Virus record (IMG/VR): IMGVR_UViG_3300032323_001633
Location: 1 to 56,849 of that record
Source of the DNA: a virus
Taxonomy: Duplodnaviria; Caudoviricetes
DNA length: 56,849 bases
Strand: one strand, 5' to 3'
Position 1 is the stretch's first letter. Each line of letters opens with the position of its first letter. Below are positions 9,506 through 16,790 of the stretch, piece by piece. The position numbers were made by a program, and so were the translations under genes. The notes below the pieces were generated by a model. It worked only from the letters and a program-made list of their open reading frames with translations. It did no database searches and had not been told where the DNA came from.

Positions 9506-9709
9506 TTGCCGGAGATTTTACGAGAATCTGATCGCTTAGATAAAGAAGGCAAGGATCTCAAAAAAGAATGCATGAAATTGTGTTGGTACATGCGTGGACT
9601 CAGTTTTGCTGAAGTTATGCACATGAGCTGGGACGAGCGAGAAATAATTGCAGAGATTGTTAAAGAAAATCTCGAAACTACAAGAAAAACAGGATTGCCT
9701 TTCTTTTAA
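9506..9709 (+). CDS. Baseplate assembly protein, T4 gp51-like (possibly expressed as a frameshift extension of the gp26-like protein)
   Basis: LCWYMRGLSFAEVMHMSWDEREII pattern (S..E...M...ER). Directly follows the gp26-like gene, with a TTG start and no clear SD. Confidence 0.65.
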   Translation: MPEILRESDRLDKEGKDLKKECMKLCWYMRGLSFAEVMHMSWDEREIIAEIVKENLETTRKTGLPFF

Positions 9710-10131
9710 AGTGTATTTCTATAAGACTTTAGAGCAAATAAGTCTTGACTGTCAAGAGGTCTACCTTGCAGAACTTTGTCAACGGTAGAACCTAATTCTT
9801 TATCGCTGATATCCCCACGATAAGTTCTTAATTTTTGTAGACTTGCGGTGTCTAAAGACTTGCCGGACATGGCTTGATCGATCAACGTCTTAAGTTCGTT
9901 ATTGTCAGTGGGTGCTGAATCAGATTTAGTTTTAGATGATTTTGTTCCAGAGGGCTCAAACCATCTCGATGGAGTTAATAGTTTATCCATCTTATCTTTG
10001 CCAGTGTCATATTGTTGCTTGACGTTGGTACCATCCAACCATTGTGATGGGTCTAATAGTTTTCCCATCTTAGACTTGCCTTTCTCGTAGGTCGCTGGTC
10101 CAACTTCTACTACAATATCACGTATTTTCAT
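9706..10131 (-). CDS. Hypothetical protein with internal duplications; candidate internal head protein
   Basis: N-terminus MKIRDIVVE; two pairs of repeats; overlaps the upstream gene by ATGA. Confidence 0.65.
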   Translation of the reverse strand: MKIRDIVVEVGPATYEKGKSKMGKLLDPSQWLDGTNVKQQYDTGKDKMDKLLTPSRWFEPSGTKSSKTKSDSAPTDNNELKTLIDQAMSGKSLDTASLQKLRTYRGDISDKELGSTVDKVLQGRPLDSQDLFALKSYRNTL

Positions 10132-11300
10132 TTTCTAAATACGCTGATTGTGCCTTGTGATAATCCAGTTTCAAACATTTTTTGCTTGTGCATTTCCACA
10201 CGTTGAGCTAAGGCTTCCGACAATGCATTTCCGTAATTATTTTTACTGGCATTCTGTTGTTGCAGTGTATTAGCCATCTGTCCAAAAACTTTATTGCCTG
10301 TGGATTTTGCTGCGGCTGCTGCTTGACGCTTTTCACGTTTAGCAATCGCGCCAGGTGTTTGACTAACTTGACCTGCTACCTTGCCACCTGTTTTCTTAGG
10401 TGGAGGTTGGTTAGGATTATCTGCGGCTGCTGTGTTTGTTGCACTAACTGGTGCATTAGCCATTGTGTTAGCTGGAGCTGGTGCTGCTCCTGCTGCTGGT
10501 GCTGCTCCTGCTGCTTTATCAGCAGCATCAGATGCGTCCCTGTCAGCCTGAGATTGAAATGGTTGTCCTGTATTACCATCAAATCCAAAACCAGTACCGC
10601 CGGCTGCTGGGCTGGCACCTGGTTTAGCTGCAGGTGCCGCTGGTGCTGCTCCTGCTGCTGGTGCTGCTCCTGCAGCTGGTGCTGCTCCGCCTGCTGCTGG
10701 TTTAGGATCAGGAGTTGCCATTGATTTTTGTAGCAACTGTAAAATTCTCTGCTTGCCTTTCTTATCTAACTTATCTACGTTAGCTTTTACTTGTGCATAT
10801 ACCGTTTGACCTGCTTTAGCAGTAGACTGTTGATCTACTGCTGCGGTTGTTTTAGCCAAAGCAGCACCTGCTGCGCCTGTCTGTGCTGTTGCTGGTGCGG
10901 TTCCTTTAGGACCTTGTGCATTAATATCTTGTGCTGAGGGTGGTGCGCTGCCCGCTGTTGGTGCTCCGCCTGCTGCTGGTGCTCCACCTGGTGCTGCTCC
11001 CGCTGCTGGTGCTGCTGCTCCGCCTGCTGCTGGTGCTGCTCCTGCTGCTGGTGCTTCACCGCCGGCATCGTATCCAGGCTGTCCTTTATTAGGATCCGGA
11101 TCGTCGCCTACAAATGCTTTGCCAGCTTGATAACCTTTCTTCATAGCACGACCTGCACCTACCACTCCGCCTGCCACTGCTCCAACACCTTTGGCAAGTC
11201 CGCGAGCGGCGCCGCCTACAACAGATCCAATTTTATTTAAGATTGGACCTTCTTCTATTTGCTGAAGTTGTGATTCAGTTAAAATTTCGTTAATTCTCAT
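10128..11300 (-). CDS. Ala/Pro/Gly-rich candidate internal head protein
   Basis: N-terminus MRINEILTE; GAAPAA repeats; several L/I-x-E sites. Confidence 0.7.
   Translation of the reverse strand: MRINEILTESQLQQIEEGPILNKIGSVVGGAARGLAKGVGAVAGGVVGAGRAMKKGYQAGKAFVGDDPDPNKGQPGYDAGGEAPAAGAAPAAGGAAAPAAGAAPGGAPAAGGAPTAGSAPPSAQDINAQGPKGTAPATAQTGAAGAALAKTTAAVDQQSTAKAGQTVYAQVKANVDKLDKKGKQRILQLLQKSMATPDPKPAAGGAAPAAGAAPAAGAAPAAPAAKPGASPAAGGTGFGFDGNTGQPFQSQADRDASDAADKAAGAAPAAGAAPAPANTMANAPVSATNTAAADNPNQPPPKKTGGKVAGQVSQTPGAIAKREKRQAAAAAKSTGNKVFGQMANTLQQQNASKNNYGNALSEALAQRVEMHKQKMFETGLSQGTISVFRK
10477..11056. repeat. Three clusters of imperfect 18-bp repeats (TGCTGCTGGTGCTGCTCC) encoding GAAPAA
   Basis: Clusters near 10477-10514, 10639-10700 and 10960-11056. 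Confidence 0.85.
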
Positions 11301-11301
11301 A

Positions 11302-12816
11302 TCAAGCGGTTCCTAGTTGTTTGGTAAGGTAAGCAATCATGCGTTTTCTATCTTTAGTATTTAACTGCGCAATTGCCTTTTTAACTTCTGCATATCCGCC
11401 AGTTGCTGCTTGAGCTTCTGGTGCAGCAGAAATTTTTAAATCTGTATAGACTTTTTTCACTACATCATCGCCAACTCCAGCAGCAGTTAACACTTTAGCT
11501 ACTTCTTCGCTGTCTGTGGGAGATCCAGCTTTTTGCCAAGCTGAATTTAATTTATCAGCAGTGAATTTAGTTGTTAAATTCTTGCCAACAGTTTTTAATT
11601 TATCCATGCCTTTAGCAGCAGCACCTTTGATAAAGTCCATCGGACCTTCGTCTAGTTGTTGATGTGTGCAGACTCTATTGAAGATCATATAAATTTGACC
11701 TTCACTTAATTTTTTACCTGTGGCAGCAAATCCTTCTTTTGGTGCTGGAGTTGCTGCTTTTTCTCCGGCGGCACCTGCTGCTTGTCCTGCTGCTGCTCCA
11801 CCAACAGCTGTCGCTGCCTGTGTTAGGCCTTTGATCCACTGCAACAGACTGTCGTTGTTAAATGCCATTTCTTTGGCAAATCCTGCAACATCCTTCATTC
11901 GTGCTTTGTAATCTGCAGAATGAACCAATCTTCCAAGATCTTGAAGTTGACCAAATGCTGAAGTATCGCCATTTTGTATACCATTTACAGCTGCTCTGAT
12001 CGCAGATGCAGCATCTGCATCAACAACAACATCAAACCCTTGAGTCATTTCTTTCATTTCCATGCCGCCCAAGCGCAATTCTCTTGTTGCCTTGAAACTT
12101 ATTTTTTCAAGCCCGTCGGCGATTTCTATTGATTTTTCACGCAGGCCAGCGGCCCACTTACCAATACCAGCCATTGCGGCTGCTGAGATGCCCGCAACAA
12201 TACCTGCTGTTGCTCCACGTCCGATCGCAGTTGAAGCTTTTTGACCTTGCAGCAAACGGTCAGCAATGTTAACAATACCTACAGCAATCGCAGTTCCTGT
12301 GCCAATGGCCAACACGCTTGCACCTATGCCGCCTGCGACTGCAACACCTAATGCTGCGGCAACAGATCCTGCAATGCCCAGTAAGAATTTGTGTAGTTTA
12401 GGATTATTCTTGGCATACTCACCGTACTTGGCCAAACTGGCTGCTAATTTTGGATTCTTTGCTGCAATCGATGATTTGATCTCTTCAAATTTTTGATCAA
12501 AGGCTTTTACAGGTGTGCTGCTCTGTAACATGCCCCCAAACTTATTAAACCAAGCATCGCTGATTTTGCCAGGAGCATCTTTAACTTTGCCAAGCAGTGT
12601 ACGATCAGAGCCTTTTTCAATAGTCGTGAATAGCTGTTGTATTTGATCAGGTGTTAGTGCAACTTCACAAAGGATAGGATGTATTTCTTTTTCCCATTGA
12701 GTGAAGTAGGTATCACCTTGACCAATGCTTTCAAATATACTTCTACGAGAAGTATTTTCAATAACATCAAAGTTTGATGATAGATTATTGTTTTCTATTA
12801 GATTTTCAATGCGCAT
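11302..12816 (-). CDS. Candidate internal head / ejection protein with a hydrophobic hairpin
   Basis: N-terminus MRIENLIE; hydrophobic stretch FLLGIAGSVAAALGVAVAGGIGASVLAIGTGTAIAVGIV; AATAAATA upstream. Confidence 0.65.
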   Translation of the reverse strand: MRIENLIENNNLSSNFDVIENTSRRSIFESIGQGDTYFTQWEKEIHPILCEVALTPDQIQQLFTTIEKGSDRTLLGKVKDAPGKISDAWFNKFGGMLQSSTPVKAFDQKFEEIKSSIAAKNPKLAASLAKYGEYAKNNPKLHKFLLGIAGSVAAALGVAVAGGIGASVLAIGTGTAIAVGIVNIADRLLQGQKASTAIGRGATAGIVAGISAAAMAGIGKWAAGLREKSIEIADGLEKISFKATRELRLGGMEMKEMTQGFDVVVDADAASAIRAAVNGIQNGDTSAFGQLQDLGRLVHSADYKARMKDVAGFAKEMAFNNDSLLQWIKGLTQAATAVGGAAAGQAAGAAGEKAATPAPKEGFAATGKKLSEGQIYMIFNRVCTHQQLDEGPMDFIKGAAAKGMDKLKTVGKNLTTKFTADKLNSAWQKAGSPTDSEEVAKVLTAAGVGDDVVKKVYTDLKISAAPEAQAATGGYAEVKKAIAQLNTKDRKRMIAYLTKQLGTA

Positions 12817-12839
12817 GAATGATCCACTGTATGATTGTT

Positions 12840-12847
12840 TATTTATT
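12840..12847 (-). promoter_or_regulatory. Late-type promoter AATAAATA
   Basis: One mismatch to TATAAATA, about 24 nt upstream of the 12816 start. Confidence 0.55.
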
Positions 12848-12849
12848 GT

Positions 12850-13306
12850 AAAAACGAGCTTACGCTCGTTTGCGTTTTCGCTTGTCGCTCAACGCGATTG
12901 TCTTCTTCTTAATTGATTTACATTGTAATTGCGAAGCAATTCAAGTATTATGCAGATTGTTCAGTCACACTTTGCCCAGGCCGGGCAAAGATAAGAGCAT
13001 TATGCGAGTTGCACAGTACACTCTAGCGTTACAGCGTTACAGAGGCGGTCATCCGGTACCTCGAGCTGCGTCTTTATACGACGGCGGTGTATACATTTAC
13101 GCTAACAAATGCACACACGTAGGGTATTTCTCCCTTCTTTTTGCCTTGTTTTTCTTTTCAAATAACCAAATCGCAGGTCTTAGTAGCGATCGTCATCCTT
13201 TCGGGTAGTGGTTAAGCACCTTTGCGGCAAGGTTTTCCATCCCTGTGTACACGTAGACCAGGTTTAGAGCGCACGAAATTAAGCCTGCGCCAGCCAAAAA
13301 ACCGCT
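12850..13306 (-). ncRNA. Candidate large structured non-coding RNA, family unassigned
   Basis: Only long intergenic gap in the window. About a dozen hairpins; G-U pairs valid only on the minus strand; GUAA and GAAA tetraloops; possible pseudoknot. Confidence 0.65.
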
Positions 13307-13741
13307 TTATTTTGCCTGAGATTGTTCTAATAGACGCTGTCTGAGTATATTTGAACCGCCTACTCTGACGTTTATAATGCCATTATAGTAGTCGTCGGAT
13401 TCTAAAACCCTGCGTTCAAATTGCTCTCGTGCTTCTAAATATGATAGTTCTGCCTTGGATTTGCAAAGGTAAAGTATTTCTCTTGTGAAGTTTTCCGGAC
13501 CTAATGATTGGACGTCTGCGTTTAACCTGTCAGATGAACCATAGTATTCGCGCCAATCGCTTTCTACTACACTTCTTCTTTTAAGTTTTTTGCCTTTGAG
13601 TGGGGGTTTAGTACGTTTAAATTGTGCTAATTTCTTGCCTATGTACTTCTGTCCGGTGATTTTATTCGTGATTATATAAACAAAGCCAATATAGCCTTCT
13701 GGGATTTCGTCTACTGGTTGATTTTGAAACGTCCATTGCAC
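13307..13741 (-). CDS. Stand-alone GIY-YIG endonuclease (Seg-like catalytic domain only)
   Basis: GFVYIITN...KYIGKK, YYGSS, REIL, conserved Glu in SYLEAREQ, and YYN; 144 aa; GTG start. Confidence 0.85.
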   Translation of the reverse strand: MQWTFQNQPVDEIPEGYIGFVYIITNKITGQKYIGKKLAQFKRTKPPLKGKKLKRRSVVESDWREYYGSSDRLNADVQSLGPENFTREILYLCKSKAELSYLEAREQFERRVLESDDYYNGIINVRVGGSNILRQRLLEQSQAK

Positions 13742-13752
13742 TCTTTAATTAG

Positions 13753-13971
13753 TTAAAGCTTCTTGCCTCTCATGCCTTTTCTGGATTCTTGCTGTGCCTT
13801 TCGTTTGGCCTGTATTTCTACTCTTATGATTGATGCCTCTGTGCGTATTTCTGATAGCCAGTGTCGTGCCTTGATGCCTGCTTCGTTGGATTTTTTGTGG
13901 TGAAAACGATCCTGCCATTTAAAGTATTCTTGAAAGGCATGGATCATGCGATCGTGTGCGTCTGAACTCAT
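13753..13971 (-). CDS. Small basic helical protein resembling the Hc1 (histone H1-like) family
   Basis: F..K.NEAGIKAR..L.EI......R.EIQ pattern with a K/R-rich tail. Confidence 0.45.
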   Translation of the reverse strand: MSSDAHDRMIHAFQEYFKWQDRFHHKKSNEAGIKARHWLSEIRTEASIIRVEIQAKRKAQQESRKGMRGKKL

Positions 13972-15746
13972 GCTACAATTTCTATATCATTGGAATAGCT
14001 GGTGAATCCGTTTTCTTTGATCACTTTGAGTACGTGATTAACACGGCTGGTCAAGTCATCTCTATGCGAAATTAAAAACACGTTCTTGTCACGCTCACGA
14101 GTCATGCGTTTCAGCACAGCAATGCTAGATTCAACACCACTGGCATCCATGCCTGAATCCACAAGTTCGTCAATGAACAACAAGTTAATACTGGTGTATA
14201 GGTTTTCCCATACATCACGGAACGCCCATGACAACGATAGAATCAATCTGTTACGTTCACCGCGGCTTAGATTATCAAAATCTAGATCCTGTCCTAGTTG
14301 TGTGATAATCACAGTTAGGTCATTTTGGAATTCCACTGTGTGCGGCAGACCAATCTTGTCCAAATAGTAAGTCAATCGTTGATTCAAGAATGCAAGATTC
14401 TGATCAATTATTCGTTTGCGAACAAAACTATCTTTGTTAGTCAACAGTTTATGCAAAAACTCTTGATGATCCTTAACACGCACCAACTCGTTGAGACCGT
14501 TCCAATCTATTTCCTGTACCGCTGTTTCTTTGAGTTCAACAATCTGATCATCGTACGGATTTTCTTCCGCAGTCTTGATAGTGATATCACGTTCTAGACT
14601 GCCCAGAGTGTTTTTATGATTTAATGCTTGTTCTAAACTGTCATAGGTCACTGCAGGACATGCACCTAGTTCTCCTAGCAGAGATATAGCTTCAGTGATC
14701 ACACTGAGCTCTTCAAGATGTTCGTTGATAGCACCGCGGCTTTCTTCAATTTGTGTAGACTTAGCAGACATGATTTCTGTGTGCTTGGAATCGTGAAGCT
14801 CTTGACCGCAGGTGTGACACTTGTGTTCTGTTAGACTAACTAATTCTCGTTCCAGCTTTTCTAAAATACGCTGTTCTTTTTCCAAAGCCGACGTCTGTTT
14901 AGCACTCAGCGATGCTAGACTCTCGTGTTCTTTTTTGTTTGCATTCCAATCTGCTAAAGCTCGCTGATTGAGAATTTCTTGATCGATGTCTATGTCGCTG
15001 AGTCTATCTATGCTCTTAAGCAAATTAGTCAGTGAAGTTTCTTTTTGTTCTTCCCACATACGCTGTTTGCGTATCAACGATTCTATGCTCTGTTGTATTC
15101 TTTCGTTACTGGCTTTGACGGTTTCAATTCTTGTGTTTTCTGTCGCAATGCTGTCTTTGCTGATCTTAATTGCATCTTTGAGAGCTTCTGCTTTTTCTGA
15201 CAGTATGGTAATGCCCAACAACTGTTCAATAATAGCACGTTGGTCTGCAGCCTTCATGCTTAAGAACGGTTCTGTGTAGGTGTTTAAAGCAATAAGATGC
15301 TTGAACATTTCGTGTTTCATGCCAAACACTTCTTCAATGGCCTTTTGTGTTTCTCTGCTGTCACCTTGACTTTCGTCAAGATCGTTGAGCTCCTGTTCCT
15401 GATCGTTGATGCTGAATCTCAACAGATTAGGTTTACGGCCTCGTTCAATATGATACTTGACACCATCTTTTTCAAACGTAACAGTACACAGCATGCCTTT
15501 GCTGTTGATTTTATTGATAAGATTGTCACGCTTGATGTTAGTCAGTGCCTGCCCGTAGATAGCATAGCTGAGACCGTTGATGATAGTGGTCTTACCTGTG
15601 CCATTGCGAGCTCCGCTATCATCACCTCCTAGGTCTAAGTTCTCGCCTAGTACCAAAGTAAGTTGTCCGCGATCGAAATCTATGGCCTGGGTTTGATTGC
15701 CCACGCTCATAAAGTTGCGTACTGTGAGATTATTGATTTTAATCAT
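13968..15746 (-). CDS. gp46: Recombination ATPase, T4 gp46 / SbcC / Rad50-like
   Basis: RNFMSVGN, Walker A NGTGKTT, zinc hook CHTC in a coiled coil, signature LSRGE, Walker B LLFIDE, and ISH. Confidence 0.96.
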   Translation of the reverse strand: MIKINNLTVRNFMSVGNQTQAIDFDRGQLTLVLGENLDLGGDDSGARNGTGKTTIINGLSYAIYGQALTNIKRDNLINKINSKGMLCTVTFEKDGVKYHIERGRKPNLLRFSINDQEQELNDLDESQGDSRETQKAIEEVFGMKHEMFKHLIALNTYTEPFLSMKAADQRAIIEQLLGITILSEKAEALKDAIKISKDSIATENTRIETVKASNERIQQSIESLIRKQRMWEEQKETSLTNLLKSIDRLSDIDIDQEILNQRALADWNANKKEHESLASLSAKQTSALEKEQRILEKLERELVSLTEHKCHTCGQELHDSKHTEIMSAKSTQIEESRGAINEHLEELSVITEAISLLGELGACPAVTYDSLEQALNHKNTLGSLERDITIKTAEENPYDDQIVELKETAVQEIDWNGLNELVRVKDHQEFLHKLLTNKDSFVRKRIIDQNLAFLNQRLTYYLDKIGLPHTVEFQNDLTVIITQLGQDLDFDNLSRGERNRLILSLSWAFRDVWENLYTSINLLFIDELVDSGMDASGVESSIAVLKRMTRERDKNVFLISHRDDLTSRVNHVLKVIKENGFTSYSNDIEIVA

Positions 15747-16753
15747 AGGTCGTTATAAATTTCCAACAGTAATTTTTTATCATAGGTATCGCTGTCTATG
15801 TTATTGATCTGATTCATCACGATAGTATCCACAGATTCGAATGTGATATCGATGGGATTTACTGCGCTTTCTACTTCTACTTTTTCTGGGATCAGCATCA
15901 ACTCACGCAGATTGTACTGCGGCATGAATTGTTCTTTGATAAAGTTTGCTTCTTCGAATGTAATAGGCAGGTCAATAGTAACTCGACAATGCATCTTTTC
16001 ACGAAGCAGTTCGTCAGGCCTATCGATGATCTGACTGAGTTTATAAGTTCTATATATAGGCTGATCGGGCCAACTATGATATTCGGGCTTACCGCCCCAT
16101 TCTAGTATCATCATACCGCGATCGTCGTCACCTGCATCCGCATAGTTATGCGGAAAGGCATTGCCTATATAGACCACGTTGCCTTTTTGTTGTCGCTTGT
16201 GAAAGTGTCCAGTAAACACCAATTCTTGATTTTGAAAGTGTCCGGTCTGTAATTGACCGTGATCGGGCATCTGCACCATGGCATTCATGTAAAAATGCGG
16301 CAGTTCAAGATGGCCGAATATGTATCTGCTTTTCAGTTGTTTTACTGTGGTCCACTCGTCACCAATCAGCCAAGGCATGATAGTTACATCGCCTTCTGTG
16401 TACAGTTCACGTATAGGCACGATGTTAGGAAACAGGCGCATAAACTCAACAGAGTTGATTTCACGCTTGTCTTTGTAGAACAGATCGTGGTTGCCTAGAA
16501 TAAAATAGACTTTTTCAAAACTTTGACTGAGTTTTTCTAAGTTTGACACGGTATAATTCATAGTACTCACATCAGTGGTACTGCGATTATGATGCCAATC
16601 ACCTAGAAAAATTGCAGTTTCGCAACCTTGTGCTTTGGCAGTATCACAGAACCAAGACACAAAATTTTCACAGTCCTGGTTGTGTGTACGACTACCGCTT
16701 TTAAGGCCGAAGTGAATATCGGTAAAACATGCTGCTTTTTTGAATAGACTCAT
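15743..16753 (-). CDS. gp47: Recombination nuclease, T4 gp47 / SbcD / Mre11-like
   Basis: Phosphoesterase motifs DIHFG, LGDW, GNHD, GHLE and GHFH; overlaps the gp46 start. Confidence 0.96.
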   Translation of the reverse strand: MSLFKKAACFTDIHFGLKSGSRTHNQDCENFVSWFCDTAKAQGCETAIFLGDWHHNRSTTDVSTMNYTVSNLEKLSQSFEKVYFILGNHDLFYKDKREINSVEFMRLFPNIVPIRELYTEGDVTIMPWLIGDEWTTVKQLKSRYIFGHLELPHFYMNAMVQMPDHGQLQTGHFQNQELVFTGHFHKRQQKGNVVYIGNAFPHNYADAGDDDRGMMILEWGGKPEYHSWPDQPIYRTYKLSQIIDRPDELLREKMHCRVTIDLPITFEEANFIKEQFMPQYNLRELMLIPEKVEVESAVNPIDITFESVDTIVMNQINNIDSDTYDKKLLLEIYNDL

Positions 16754-16759
16754 AGATTA

Positions 16760-16788
16760 ATAATACACTCTTTAGATTTAGAAGTCAA
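16760..16788 (-). promoter_or_regulatory. Sigma70-type promoter TTGACT-N17-TATTAT for gp47/gp46
   Basis: Minus strand reads TTGACT TCTAAATCTAAAGAGTG TATTAT TAATCT ATG. Confidence 0.7.
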
Positions 16789-16790
16789 GC

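Noticed and set aside
10257-11068. Alternative-frame Cys-rich and Gln-rich ORFs
   Set aside because: By-products of the GCT/GCA-rich 18-bp repeats in the Ala-rich gene
12870-13208. 112-aa plus-strand ORF in the intergenic gap
   Set aside because: TTG start with no SD, atypical composition, opposite to the flanking genes; RNA structure on the minus strand explains the region better
12850-13306. CRISPR array, tRNA, group II intron or DGR template repeat
   Set aside because: No regular repeat-spacer period, cloverleaf or domain V motif. I saw no matching variable repeat and there is no reverse transcriptase in the window. A group I-like fold cannot be excluded by eye.
14258-14272. Non-canonical ABC signature LSRGE in gp46
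   Set aside because: Phage gp46 proteins commonly deviate from LSGG; all other motifs are intact
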